DNA of 64,000 nucleotides from Pirellulales bacterium (GCA_040901675.1 JBBDYJ010000010.1:76211-140210); one strand, 5' to 3'. Positions 18,779 to 28,885 are shown, counted from the stretch's first letter. The notes: generated by a model not told the origin, from the letters alone. Translations and numbers: made by a program.

Positions 18779-20281
18779 CTAGCGGATTAGCGGCACGACC
18801 AGCCGCACGAGCGTTACGACCACGACCACGCCGGCCAGGTCCAGGAGGATGCCGTAGCGGACCATCCGCAACAGCGGGATGTGCCCCGACCCGTAGACGA
18901 TGGCATTGCACGGCGTCGATACCGGCAGCATGAATCCGAGGCTGGCGCCGAAGGTCGCCCCCAAGGCCGGCTCGAGCGGGTCGGCGCCGGCCGCCTGGGC
19001 AATCGCGATGGCCACGGGCACCACGATCGTGGCCGAGGCCGTGTTGGACGTCGATTCCGAGACCAGCGTGGCGACCACGGTGGCGGCTATCAAAAGCCAC
19101 AGGCTGTCATCCGCGGGCAGAAACCCGGTGAGCCCCTCGCCGATGGCCCGCGCCAAACCGGTATCGTTGGCCAGCACGCCGAGGGCCAGCCCGCCTCCGT
19201 AGAGCAAGACCACTCCCCAGTCGATCTGGACCGCCTCGGGCCAGGTGATGGCCTTGCGCTGGCCGTCGCCCGGCAGCAGAAACAAGAGCACGGCGCCGAT
19301 AATCGCCGCCACCCCCTCGGGCAGGCCGCTGGAGAGCAGGCGGTACAGGTCGCTCTGCTGCCCGGCGACCAGCGCGGCGATGCCCGGCACCACCCAGAGC
19401 ACGGCCGTCACCGCGAAGGCCGCCAGCGCCGAGCGCTGGCCGCGGGTCCACGGCCCCAGCGTCTCGCGCTGGCGAGCCAGCAGCTCGCTGCTGCCGGCGA
19501 AGCGCTTGACGCCGGCCGGGCAGAAGTAATTCAGGTAGCAGAACAGGTACAGGTAGAGGCAGATGACAATCGGCGTGCCGATGAGCATCCACTTTAGAAA
19601 CGGGACCTCGACGTCCAGCGACCGGCGGATAAAACTCAGTCCGATCAGGTTGGGCGGGGTGCCGACCGGCGTGGCCAGCCCGCCGATCGAAGCGGCAAAG
19701 GCCGTCATGAGCATCAACCCCGTCGCGTAGCGGCGGTCGATGGCCGGGCCGCCCGCTTTCTCCTGCTCGAACAGGAAGTTGAGGATCGACAGGCCGATGG
19801 CGAACATCATAGCCGTGGTGGCGGTGTTGGAGATGCAGGCCGACATGAGGGCCGTCACGGCGCCGAAGGCGAACAGGATACGGCCGGGACTGGCGCCGAC
19901 CCAGCCGAGCGAGAGCACGGCGAAGGCCAGCCGCCGATCGAGCCTGTGCAGAAAGATGGCCCGCGCCAGGATGAACGAGCCGATGAACAGGAACATCAGC
20001 GGATCGGCGAAGGGGGCAAAGACCTGGCGGGCCGGCGCCACCCGCAGCAAGACGCAAGCCGCCGCCCCGGCCAGTGCCGTCACCGGCATCGGCAGCGCCT
20101 CGGTGACCCAGAGCACGACGACGGCGGCCATCACGGCGGCCAGCCGGTGGGCCTCGGTCGACAGGCCGGTCGCCGGCCAGAACAGCACGGCGGCAAAGGC
20201 CAGCGGCGCCAGCACGAGCCCCAGCCGAACGCGGGCCCGTTCGAAGGAGCGTTCCAGGGGGCTCAGGCTGGTGTCGATCAC
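18779..20281 (-). CDS. DASS/SLC13 sodium:anion (dicarboxylate/sulfate) symporter
   Basis: ISNTATT, IGGLATPVGTPPN, SNTAS and FMLPVSTPCNAIVYG. Confidence 0.9.
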   Translation of the reverse strand: MIDTSLSPLERSFERARVRLGLVLAPLAFAAVLFWPATGLSTEAHRLAAVMAAVVVLWVTEALPMPVTALAGAAACVLLRVAPARQVFAPFADPLMFLFIGSFILARAIFLHRLDRRLAFAVLSLGWVGASPGRILFAFGAVTALMSACISNTATTAMMFAIGLSILNFLFEQEKAGGPAIDRRYATGLMLMTAFAASIGGLATPVGTPPNLIGLSFIRRSLDVEVPFLKWMLIGTPIVICLYLYLFCYLNYFCPAGVKRFAGSSELLARQRETLGPWTRGQRSALAAFAVTAVLWVVPGIAALVAGQQSDLYRLLSSGLPEGVAAIIGAVLLFLLPGDGQRKAITWPEAVQIDWGVVLLYGGGLALGVLANDTGLARAIGEGLTGFLPADDSLWLLIAATVVATLVSESTSNTASATIVVPVAIAIAQAAGADPLEPALGATFGASLGFMLPVSTPCNAIVYGSGHIPLLRMVRYGILLDLAGVVVVVTLVRLVVPLIR

Positions 20282-20293
20282 GACGCGCTAGGG

Positions 20294-20656
20294 CTACTCC
20301 TTTTGTTCGCCGCGCCGCTCCTTGAGTCGGACGGCCTTGCCGACGCGCTCGCGGAGGAAGTAGAGCTTGGCCCGGCGGACAATGCCGGATCGTTTGACTT
20401 CGATGCGGGCGATGCGCGGGGAGTGCAGGGGAAACTTGCGCTCGACCCCTTCGCCCTGCACGATGCGGCGGACCACGAACATCTCGCGGGTGCCCGAGCC
20501 GCTGCGGGCGATGACGACGCCGTTGAAGATCTGGATCCGCTCCTTCTCGCCTTCCAGGATGCGGGTGTGCACGTCGACCGTGTCGCCGATCTTGAAGTTG
20601 GGAATCTCCGGCTTCAGGTTCGGTTTCTCGACCAGGTCGAGCAATCGCTGGCTCAT
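20294..20656 (-). CDS. rplS: 50S ribosomal protein L19
   Basis: [31 protein letters not shown] and [10 protein letters not shown]. Confidence 0.97.
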   Translation of the reverse strand: MSQRLLDLVEKPNLKPEIPNFKIGDTVDVHTRILEGEKERIQIFNGVVIARSGSGTREMFVVRRIVQGEGVERKFPLHSPRIARIEVKRSGIVRRAKLYFLRERVGKAVRLKERRGEQKE

Positions 20657-21345
20657 TGGGGTTCTTCCTTTCGATGCTTGTTCCGCTCTTGTGTTCTCAA
20701 AACGCTCTGTTCCATCCGCCAGCGAGCAATCTCCTGGTGGTTGCCGCTCAACAGCACTTCCGGCACTTCGTGCCCCCGGAATTCCCGCGGCCGCGTGTAC
20801 TGCGAAAACTCCAGCAATCGCCGGCCTCCCGAAAACGAATCCTGGCTGCTGCTGCGCTCGTCGCCCAGCACTCCGGGCACCAGGCGAATCACCGCGTCGA
20901 TCAGCACCATGGCGGCCACTTCGCCTCCATTGAGGACGAAGTCGCCGATGCTCACCTGGTCCGGCTGCAGGATGTCGATCACTCGTTCGTCAAAACCCTC
21001 ATATCGTCCGCACAACAACAGCAACCGGTCGTTGGCGGCCAGTTGCTCGACCAGCGGCTGATCCAACCTCCGCCCTTGCGGCGACAACAGCACCAGGTGC
21101 CCGGCTTGGGGGCACATGGCCTGCACCGCCTCCACGCACTCGACCACCGGCTTGACCATCAGCACCATGCCGGGCCCGCCGCCGAACGGCCGATCGTCGA
21201 CCGGCTTGTGCCGGCCCTCGGCCCAGTCGCGGATGTTGTGCAACCGCACGTCGACCAGGCCGCGCTCGATCGCCAGCTTCAACAGGCTTTGCCCCAGGTA
21301 ACCGGGAAACATCTCCGGAAACAAGGTCAGCACGTCGAAGCGCAT
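20653..21345 (-). CDS. trmD: tRNA (guanine37-N1)-methyltransferase
   Basis: [35 protein letters not shown] and [10 protein letters not shown]. Confidence 0.97.
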   Translation of the reverse strand: MRFDVLTLFPEMFPGYLGQSLLKLAIERGLVDVRLHNIRDWAEGRHKPVDDRPFGGGPGMVLMVKPVVECVEAVQAMCPQAGHLVLLSPQGRRLDQPLVEQLAANDRLLLLCGRYEGFDERVIDILQPDQVSIGDFVLNGGEVAAMVLIDAVIRLVPGVLGDERSSSQDSFSGGRRLLEFSQYTRPREFRGHEVPEVLLSGNHQEIARWRMEQSVLRTQERNKHRKEEPQ

Positions 21346-21421
21346 GGCTCAACCGCAAAAGCTCGGTGCCCCCGGTAGCAGGCACACTGGGTGTGCCGTG
21401 GCCTCCTTAAGTTTTCCGTTT

Positions 21422-21874
21422 TCACTCCGCGGGTGCCTCGCCGGCCTCGCCCGCTGGCGCCTCGGCCGGCTGCTCGGCGGGTGGTGCCGGCTCGGCGGCG
21501 GCCACCGGCTGGGCGGCCGCTGGTTCGGTCCTGGGCTGGGGCACGTAGACCGGTTCGGGCGGCGGCGGAACTTCCTTGGGCTGGGCCAGCCGTTCGCGGG
21601 CCGCCTGCTGGGCATCGACGCGGACGCCCTGGGGGCCATACTTCTTGATGAACACGCTCACCTTTTCGCTCGGCTGAGCGCCGACCGACAGCCAGTAGCT
21701 GAGCCGTTCGGTCGCCAGCACGACGCGGGCGTCGGTGTCGGCGATCATCGGGTCGTAGGTGCCCAGCTCTTCCAGCACTTTGCCGTCGCGCGGGTGGCGC
21801 GAATCGACGGCGCAGATGCGAAAGAACGGCCGGTGCTTGCGGCCCATTTTTTTCATGCGGATTTTTACAGCCAA
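21422..21874 (-). CDS. rpsP: 30S ribosomal protein S16 with Pro/Ala/Glu-rich C-terminal tail
   Basis: TTG start after an AGGAGG RBS. AVKIRMKKMGRKHRPFFRI, PRDGKVLEELGTYDP and WLSVGAQPSEKV. Confidence 0.95.
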   Translation of the reverse strand: MAVKIRMKKMGRKHRPFFRICAVDSRHPRDGKVLEELGTYDPMIADTDARVVLATERLSYWLSVGAQPSEKVSVFIKKYGPQGVRVDAQQAARERLAQPKEVPPPPEPVYVPQPRTEPAAAQPVAAAEPAPPAEQPAEAPAGEAGEAPAE

Positions 21875-21894
21875 ATCGGTCCTCCTGTGGGTGG

Positions 21895-23403
21895 TTAGTT
21901 GTTTCGAGTCGGATCGCCCGGCCCTTTCTTGCGTTTTTCCTCGCGCTTGCGGCGGCGGGCTTCTTTTTCGCGCTGCTCCTTGAGCCGCTTGCGCTCCTGG
22001 CTGGTCAACCGCTTGCCCGTGTCGCGTTTTTGCCGGGTGAGCGTGCCGCCCGGATCGAGCGCGCCCCCCTTCTGCAGTTGCTGCACGGTCTTCAGCCGGT
22101 CGCGGACGCCCATGCCGGCCATCCGCTTCATGATGTCGGCCATGCCGTCGAACTGCTTGACCAGGGCGTTGACCTCCGAGGGCTCCACGCCGGCGCCGGC
22201 CGCGATCCGCCGCCGGCGGCTCTGGTCGATCACGCGCGAGGGGTTGCGCCGCTCGTCGGCGGTCATCGAGTCGACGATCCCGCAGAGCCGGTTCATGTCG
22301 GCCTCGGCGTCGACGTTGTCCATCATCTGCCCCAGGCCGTTGAGCCCGGGGATCATGCCCATGATCTTGTTCAAGGGCCCCAGCCTGCGCGTCTGGGTCA
22401 TCAGCTTGCGGAAGTCGTCCAGGGTGAACTCGCCCTTGCGGAGCCGTTCTTCCTGGACCTGCATCTCGTCCTGGTCGAACTTCTGCTGGGCTTGCTCGAC
22501 CAGCGTGAGCACGTCGCCCTGTCCCAGGATGCGGCCGGCCATGCGGTCGGGGTGGAATTCTTCCAGGGCGTCGAGATGCTCGCCGGTGCCGATGAACTTC
22601 AGCGGCACGCCGGTCACCGCCTTGACGCTCAAGGCCGCCCCGCCGCGGGCGTCGCCGTCGAGCTTGGTCATGATCACGCCGTCGAGCTCCAAGGCCTCGT
22701 TGAAAGCCTTGGCGCTGTTCACGGCATCCTGGCCGGTCATGCCGTCGACCACCAGGTACACCTGCTCGGGACTGACGCGGCGGTCGATGCGCTTGAGCTG
22801 TTCCATCAGCTCTTCGTCGATGTGCAGCCGGCCGGCCGTATCGAGCACGACCACCTCGGCGCCGGTCTGGCGGGCGTGCTTGACCGCGTTCTGGCAGACG
22901 GCAACCGGATCTTGCGCGCCCTCTTCGGCGTAAACCGGCAGGCCGAGCTGCTCGCCCAGCACCTGGAGCTGGTGGACGGCGGCCGGGCGCTGCAGGTCGG
23001 CGGCGACCAGCAGGGGCTTGCGGCCCCGCTGGTTGATGAGGCGGGCCAGCTTGCCGCAGGTGGTCGTTTTGCCCGAGCCTTGCAGGCCGCACATCATCAG
23101 CACGGTCACGTCGCCCCGCAGGTGCAGCGAGTGGTCGACGGGGCCCATCAGGTTGACCAGCTCGCGGTAGACGATGCCCACGACCTGCTGGCTGGGGTTG
23201 AGCGAGTTGAGCACTCGTTCGCCGACGGCCTCCTGGGAGACGCGGCCCATGAAGTCCTTGACGACCTGGATGCTGACGTCGGCTTCGAGCAGCGACTGCT
23301 GCACGAGCTGCAGGCCGTCGCGCATGTTCGCCTCGGTCAGGCGGGCCTTGCCGCTGAGCGTCTTGAACGCCGAGCTGAGACCTTGTTGGAGCGATTCAAA
23401 CAT
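21895..23403 (-). CDS. ffh: Signal recognition particle protein
   Basis: [26 protein letters not shown] and M-domain [10 protein letters not shown]. Confidence 0.97.
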   Translation of the reverse strand: MFESLQQGLSSAFKTLSGKARLTEANMRDGLQLVQQSLLEADVSIQVVKDFMGRVSQEAVGERVLNSLNPSQQVVGIVYRELVNLMGPVDHSLHLRGDVTVLMMCGLQGSGKTTTCGKLARLINQRGRKPLLVAADLQRPAAVHQLQVLGEQLGLPVYAEEGAQDPVAVCQNAVKHARQTGAEVVVLDTAGRLHIDEELMEQLKRIDRRVSPEQVYLVVDGMTGQDAVNSAKAFNEALELDGVIMTKLDGDARGGAALSVKAVTGVPLKFIGTGEHLDALEEFHPDRMAGRILGQGDVLTLVEQAQQKFDQDEMQVQEERLRKGEFTLDDFRKLMTQTRRLGPLNKIMGMIPGLNGLGQMMDNVDAEADMNRLCGIVDSMTADERRNPSRVIDQSRRRRIAAGAGVEPSEVNALVKQFDGMADIMKRMAGMGVRDRLKTVQQLQKGGALDPGGTLTRQKRDTGKRLTSQERKRLKEQREKEARRRKREEKRKKGPGDPTRNN

Positions 23404-23798
23404 GGCCGATTAGGTACAAAGCAATCACGGACAAAGGTTTACGGCGGCGGGCCGGCGTCGGCGATAGCGCGCCTGGCTGCGCGCGGATCCCCCCGACCGC
23501 CCGCAAGAACCGTCCGCCCTCCAGCGACAAAACTGGCATTCTAGCCCATTCCATTCGGCTTTCGCAAGCCATGCCCAATGGCGGTAGTGTCCTAACAGTC
23601 TGGAGTTTCGATGAGCTATTCGCGGCGGTTCTTGGCCCCGGCAACGGGGCTACTTAAACTGGCTAGCCTGAGGCTAAAGGGTTGGCCCTGGACCGACTGC
23701 TCGGCTAGAATTCAGAGGGCGATAAAATGGTATACAAGCGTACAGATATCCGATAAGATGGAGTAGTCCCTCGCCCTGCTTTGGGAGGTTTGTGAGAT

Positions 23799-24380
23799 AT
23801 GGTGAAGGTCAAGGTTCCATCAAGGTCACCTGACGACAAGAAACTTCGCGAGCTGATTCTCTACATCTGCCATCGGTCGGAGGGCGACGCGACGTTTGGA
23901 GCTACAAAACTCAACAAGCTTCTCTTCTACTGCGATTTCCTCGCGTACACGCAGTTCGGGCGGGCAATCACGTGGCATACGTACCAGAGGCTTCCAAATG
24001 GACCTGCCCCGGTCGCCCTTCTACCGATCACGAAGGACATGGAACGGCGCAAGGAAATTGCGATTGGCGAGCACAACTACTACGGCCACAAGCAAAAGCG
24101 CACGCTCGCCCTGAGGGATGCAGACCTGTCGGTTTTTCGAGCTGAAGAAATTGCCCTTGTCGAAGAGGTTATCGAAGAATGCCGGGGCATCAACGCCACA
24201 AGGATGAGCCTCCTGTCCCACGGATTTCGTGGGTGGCAGCTTGCCGAGAATGGGGAGAACATCCCCTACGAAGTAGCCCTTGTGGATTTTGAACGCCCCA
24301 CGGAAAAAGACCTCGCCCTCGCCATGTCGATGGGCGAGGAGCTGAAAGCCCTTGCTGCGGAGTGCAAGGGCAATGATTAG
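23799..24380 (+). CDS. Panacea-domain (DUF4065/SocA/GepA-like) antitoxin
   Basis: ELILYI...GATKLNKLLFYCDF...G.AIT...Y..LPNGP and ...LSH...W........IPY. GGAGG RBS; lower GC than the flanks. Confidence 0.82.
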   Translation: MVKVKVPSRSPDDKKLRELILYICHRSEGDATFGATKLNKLLFYCDFLAYTQFGRAITWHTYQRLPNGPAPVALLPITKDMERRKEIAIGEHNYYGHKQKRTLALRDADLSVFRAEEIALVEEVIEECRGINATRMSLLSHGFRGWQLAENGENIPYEVALVDFERPTEKDLALAMSMGEELKALAAECKGND

Positions 24381-24635
24381 AGGGGCGCTTCGGCATCCTC
24401 AATTTGACAAGGCCGTCGAAAAGCTAGCCGCCGAATTCCCAGGAATAAAAGAGGTTATTGACGGAGCCATCTGGTCGCTTTGTCGAGAGCCGGAGGACGG
24501 CAAATTTATCCAGCGATTAGGCGTCTGGCAAGCCAGGCTCATTCCGCCCGAAGCACCCCCATCCTTCTCTTCTACGCAGTCAACAAGCGATTCTTGACCA
24601 TGTTGACGGCCGTGCTCGCTTCGCGAAGCAAGTAG
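24373..24635 (+). pseudogene. Putative RelE/ParE-like toxin, frameshifted at the C5 run 24556-24560
   Basis: ATG overlaps the antitoxin end. Frame 1 gives MIRGALRHPQFDKAVEKL...GVWQARLIPPEAP. The -1 frame continues ILLFYAVNKRFLTMLTAVLASRSK*, giving an ~87-aa RelE-like layout. Confidence 0.55.
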
Positions 24636-24742
24636 GGCGTCAAGCCCCGGCAACACACTCTTAGTTCTACAACGCGGACCGACCCTCCGGCCGCAACCTC
24701 TGGTGCCGGGTGGAGTCCCAGGCACTGTCCAGTGGAGTCGAT

Positions 24743-25072
24743 ATGGAACCCGGTCCTGTCCAGACCCCGCCCGACCAGAACGACGACCGCCAGGGCGAGA
24801 ACCCGTACCGAGCGCCGGAGGAAGCAATCGAAGGCGGCCATAGGTCGCCATCAAACAGGAGGTTCTTCGCAAAGGCTTGCTATGCAACGGCCGCAGCGTA
24901 TTTGGTCTTTGGAGCTTTCTGTCTGATCGCCATCTTGATGCCGCTGCCGCCGCAGCCGCCGCAGGATGACAACCGGGGCCTGGGCGCTGTCGTTGGGCTG
25001 GTTTTCGTTGCAGTCGGAGCGTGGCTTCTGTGGACAGGGAATTGCGCACGCCGAGAAACCCCGCGAAGCTAA
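24743..25072 (+). CDS. Small two-TM membrane protein with N-terminal NPYxAP motif
   Basis: GGAG RBS, GENPYRAPEE and two hydrophobic segments. Confidence 0.6.
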   Translation: MEPGPVQTPPDQNDDRQGENPYRAPEEAIEGGHRSPSNRRFFAKACYATAAAYLVFGAFCLIAILMPLPPQPPQDDNRGLGAVVGLVFVAVGAWLLWTGNCARRETPRS

Positions 25073-25187
25073 ACCCATGGCCCGCACGTTCCAACTCCGG
25101 CTGCGGACGATGTTCTGGTGGTGGCGCGAACCGCTCGAGGAGGCGCTGATGGCTGTGCTTCGCCTTGCTGGCCGATAAACTGGACCC

Positions 25188-25475
25188 ATGGATCTCAGAC
25201 CCGACCTGCTCAGGGCGACGCTGCGCGGCACAAGAACCGGAGCACTCGTCGGCGGCGGCTTGGGATTGTGCCTTGTCCTATCCGGGCTGGCCTTCGGCCT
25301 ATTCAAGGTATGGCATGATTCTAAGGTGCTGGTTGAGCCGCTCGGTTTTCCATCCCCGTCGGTGTTCTTCGTGTCCGCCTTGTCCGAGCGTGGTTCGGCC
25401 GTGGCAGCTTTCACACTGCTCGGGGCAGTTTTCGGGGGGATGCTCGGAGCTGCGCGCGGCTACGGCCGCCGCTGA
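25188..25475 (+). CDS. Small membrane protein
   Basis: Two Gly-rich hydrophobic segments (GALVGGGLGLCL, GAVFGGMLGA). Confidence 0.5.
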   Translation: MDLRPDLLRATLRGTRTGALVGGGLGLCLVLSGLAFGLFKVWHDSKVLVEPLGFPSPSVFFVSALSERGSAVAAFTLLGAVFGGMLGAARGYGRR

Positions 25476-25521
25476 ACTCGGGTTTTCTTTCTCGGCCGGC
25501 ACCTCATGCTAAACTGGAGGC

Positions 25522-25905
25522 ATGGCGACAACGGACACCATCAACGCCGATCCAGCCGGGATGGACGAGAACCCGTACAAGGCGCCGCAGGCGGACCAAA
25601 CGAGCGCCGGATCATACTCTCGCGCCGTATACCTTGTGCGCACCGCCTTGAGCATGTTCCTTCTCGCTCTGGGCATCATTGCGGTGAGCGCCGTAGGCGG
25701 ATGCGTTGCCGGCGGGGTAGGGGGGATCATCGCCCTGCCGTTCATTCCACGGCACGTAACCCGGGGATGCGGCAATACCATTACTGACCCCGCCATGCTA
25801 CTTGGCATGGTCGCGGGAACGGCTTTTGGCTTGGTAATGACCGTGCGGACGATTGGTCGTTACGCCCGCCGTTCCTTCGCCGCAGATGGCGGCAGCAGCC
25901 GATAA
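25522..25905 (+). CDS. Small membrane protein with NPYxAP motif
   Basis: GGAGG RBS, DENPYKAPQ and Gly-rich TM segments. Confidence 0.6.
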   Translation: MATTDTINADPAGMDENPYKAPQADQTSAGSYSRAVYLVRTALSMFLLALGIIAVSAVGGCVAGGVGGIIALPFIPRHVTRGCGNTITDPAMLLGMVAGTAFGLVMTVRTIGRYARRSFAADGGSSR

Positions 25906-26000
25906 ATATCAGCTTCGACGCACTCGACCCATTTGCACCCCAAGGCCCGACTTTTTGGCCGTCACGCGGAGCTGCCCCGCCGGCCGCTGGGGCGGAGCAA

Positions 26001-26339
26001 ACTGGGGCACGCTTACCGCTTTGCCCCAGGCACCCGTGGCGGAGAGGCGCCTTCGCCGCTACCTTTGGCCCTCGTCGTCCACGAGTCAGACTGGAGGCTG
26101 AAGACTGGAGACTGAAGGAAGAGGGACGACGAAGACTGGGGCACGCTTATCGCTTTGCCCCAGGCACCCGACGGTGCTTGATGAACGCCCCCGCGGCCGC
26201 GTTCGTCAAGCGGTGGCACCCAAGGCCCCAGTTTTTGGCCGTCACGCGTGGCGGCGACCCGCCGCCCGCGAGGATCAGCCGAAAAACAACTTCCTCACAT
26301 TGCAACTGGGGCACGCTTATCGCTTTGCCCCAGGCACCC
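26001..26339 (+). repeat. Three copies of a 35-bp palindromic REP-like element (actggggcacgctta(t/c)cgctttgccccaggcaccc)
   Basis: Copies at 26001-26035, 26135-26169 and 26305-26339, with a ctggggca/tgccccag stem. A reverse copy is at 40399-40433 and a partial copy near 51200. Confidence 0.85.
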
Positions 26340-26363
26340 AGATCGCTGGTGCCGAAAGGCGGA

Positions 26364-28616
26364 TCACTCCACTTTTAATTCCAGCGGGATGCGGCGGTGC
26401 TGCGCGTTCGCGTCCAGCTCGATCGGAAGAGTCCAGACTACGCTGCCTACCTTGCACAGCCCCTCGGACCCTTCCTGGCAGTAGTAGTAAGTCAACGAGA
26501 CCTTGAGCGTCTCCCGACCGGTGTCGGCGGTGACGGGCAGGCTGATCGTAAACGACTTGCCCGGCTCGTCGAGCTGGACCGGCTTGCCCAGCGCTTCGCG
26601 GCTGACAGACCCTTGGCCATCGGCCGCCTCAACCCGGTAGCGCATCGGCGCCAGCGGGTTCATCTTGTAGCCGGGGGGCAGCTCGATCTGGACGGCAAGC
26701 TCGATCGCCTGCCCGCTGGGGCTGACCTTGGCTGGTGGCAGCTCGATTTGCGTGGCGCCGACCAGCGAGTCGCGGGGCTCGGGATCGGGCAGCTTGGGTG
26801 GCTCCAGCCCGGCAATTTCCAGCGTGGCCACCTGGCTGGTTTCCAGGTCGATCGTGCGGATCAGGTGATTGTTCGTGTCGGCCACGTAGAGCTTGCCGCC
26901 CGCCGCGCTGATGCCGGCCGGCTCGTCGAACCTGGCCGGCTCGTCCTCGCGGCCGGACCGCCCGTCGCCGGCCAGCGTCGTCGACGTGGACGTGCCCGGG
27001 TCGATCACCTTGATCTTGTTGTTGTAGGTGTCGGCCACGTACAGCAGGCCGCCCTGGAATACCACTCCCAGGGCGTGCTGCAACCGCACCTCGGTCCCCT
27101 GGCCGTCGACGTCGCCGAAGTCGAAGAGGCGGCCGGCCTGCAGATGCGAGGTGCCGACCACCGTGCCCACTTCTCCGGCCGGATCGAAGGGAACCCGGCG
27201 GATGGAGCTTCCCTCGCTGTCGGCCACATACAGCCAGGTGCCGTCGGATGCCAGGCCGCTGGGCTGCGCGAAAGAGGAAAAGCCCTCCTGGTAAGGTTGC
27301 TCGGGCAAGAGCGGACCATCGACGATATCCTCCCGGCCGTTGCCCGCATACGGCCCGATCTCGGACTCGTCGAGCGGCATTTTCCAAATCTGGTGGGGGC
27401 CGGCCATGGCAATGTACAAGGCATCCTGGTGGACCCACAAAGCCCATGGGCTGGCGAGCCCGGTTTCCAGCGGCTTGCCCACGAAACGTTCCGGCAGCTC
27501 CTGGCCATCCAGTCCCGGCCACGGGTTGCGGCCCTGCTTGCCGTGGCCGGCGATCGTGGTCACTTGCTTGCGCTCGAGGTCCACCTTGCGCAGCAAGTGG
27601 TTCTCGGTGTCGGCCACGTAGAGGGTCGAGCCCGACAGCGCCATGCCCTGCAGGTGGTTGAACGTGGCCGTGGCAAAGTCGCCGTCGTCCGCCCCCATGC
27701 GGCCGGAACCGATCGTCTCCAATAGCGTGCCGTCGAGCCGGGTGACCACGATCCGGTTGTGGTTCGAATCGGCAATGAACAACCGGCCGCCTTGCTCGTC
27801 GGCCAGGATCTTGCCCGGAAAACGCAGCGGCGTTTTATCGGCCCGGTACGCCTCCAGGTCGAACCTCAACGGCGTTTCATCGAGCACGCCCTTGGCCTTG
27901 TAATACGGTATGGCCCGCTTCAGAAAACGGTCGAGGATTTCGAACGGTATCTCTCCCGAATCGCCGGCCACCAGGTTGCCTTCAGGATCGATGATCCTCA
28001 GGCTGGGCCAACTGTTGACCGCGTAGTTCTGCCAGATGACGTGATTGGCGTCGTTGACCACCGGGTGCTCGATCTCGTAGCGCAGCACGGCGTCGGTGAT
28101 GTTCTTGGTGTCTTGCTCGTTCTCGAACTTGGCCGAGTGGACGCCGATGACCACCAGCTCGTTGGGATAGGCGGCCTCCAGCTTCTTCAACTCGGGCAGG
28201 ATGTGCATGCAGTTGATGCAGCAGTAAGTCCAGAAGTCCAAGAGCACGAACTTGCCTTTCAAGTCGGCCAGTTCCAGTGGGCCCGCCGTGTTGATCCATC
28301 CCAGGCCGCCTGTAAGCTCCGGCGCCTTGATTCTGTGGGGAAACGGGTGCTGGTGCATCGGCTCGTCATCCTGGGGGCCCTGGGGCGCTTCCGGCTGGCG
28401 GCGGTCGGGCTGCGTTGTTTCCGGCCGGCCTGCTTCCTGATGGCTTGCTTCCGGCCGGGCCGCTGCCTGGGGGGTTTTGGCTTGTGCAGGCGTGGCCTCG
28501 GGCTGCCTGGCCTGGCTGGCCGAGGGACCGACGCTAGCGTCCGTGCAGCCGGGGGCGGGTATGGCCGCCAGAATGCCCAAGGCCATCAAGTTCAACGACC
28601 ATCCGGGATGTCTCAT
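26364..28616 (-). CDS. Thioredoxin-like + NHL-repeat protein (NHLRC2/SOQ1-like architecture)
   Basis: LDFWTYCCINCMH and GVHSAKF, several YVADT.NH/NN NHL repeats and a C-terminal beta-rich domain. N-terminal hydrophobic leader ending in Cys. Confidence 0.9.
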   Translation of the reverse strand: MRHPGWSLNLMALGILAAIPAPGCTDASVGPSASQARQPEATPAQAKTPQAAARPEASHQEAGRPETTQPDRRQPEAPQGPQDDEPMHQHPFPHRIKAPELTGGLGWINTAGPLELADLKGKFVLLDFWTYCCINCMHILPELKKLEAAYPNELVVIGVHSAKFENEQDTKNITDAVLRYEIEHPVVNDANHVIWQNYAVNSWPSLRIIDPEGNLVAGDSGEIPFEILDRFLKRAIPYYKAKGVLDETPLRFDLEAYRADKTPLRFPGKILADEQGGRLFIADSNHNRIVVTRLDGTLLETIGSGRMGADDGDFATATFNHLQGMALSGSTLYVADTENHLLRKVDLERKQVTTIAGHGKQGRNPWPGLDGQELPERFVGKPLETGLASPWALWVHQDALYIAMAGPHQIWKMPLDESEIGPYAGNGREDIVDGPLLPEQPYQEGFSSFAQPSGLASDGTWLYVADSEGSSIRRVPFDPAGEVGTVVGTSHLQAGRLFDFGDVDGQGTEVRLQHALGVVFQGGLLYVADTYNNKIKVIDPGTSTSTTLAGDGRSGREDEPARFDEPAGISAAGGKLYVADTNNHLIRTIDLETSQVATLEIAGLEPPKLPDPEPRDSLVGATQIELPPAKVSPSGQAIELAVQIELPPGYKMNPLAPMRYRVEAADGQGSVSREALGKPVQLDEPGKSFTISLPVTADTGRETLKVSLTYYYCQEGSEGLCKVGSVVWTLPIELDANAQHRRIPLELKVE

Positions 28617-28856
28617 CCAAAGCTCCCACTGCGAAGAAAGGCCAGAAGCCGCCGGTCAATCCGCCGGCGAGCCAGTTTACCCCAATTGTAAGCGGAGTAG
28701 ATTGCAAAGTGGTAACGCGTTTAACGGGTTTAGCGAGGCTTCCCAGGCTTCCTGGGTTAACAGGCTCTCAGAACGAGGTTAGAGTTTGGGCCACGGACCG
28801 GCCGAATTCTGATGGTATCCACCTGCCCAGCGCGTAACAGCCATGCCGTAGCGAAG

Positions 28857-28885
28857 TTGACACATTTTCGACAGCGGCGTATGGT
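28857..28885 (+). promoter_or_regulatory. Sigma70-like promoter for the 28935 gene
   Basis: TTGACA - 17 nt - TATGGT, about 50 nt upstream of the GTG start. Confidence 0.55.

Noticed and set aside
21875..23092. 556-aa ORF suggesting a long N-terminal extension of S16
   Set aside because: The upstream part is an off-frame overlap with ffh. A TTG with an AGGAGG RBS at 21874 gives a normal S16 start.
23404..23798. SRP RNA or tRNA integration site between ffh and the TA islet
   Set aside because: I could not see a tRNA cloverleaf or the SRP domain IV motif. An Rfam scan would settle it.
26001..26339. Possible CRISPR array (three 35-bp palindromic direct repeats)
   Set aside because: The gaps are 99 and 135 nt and contain other repeats. 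An isolated reverse copy lies at 40399. No cas genes are present.
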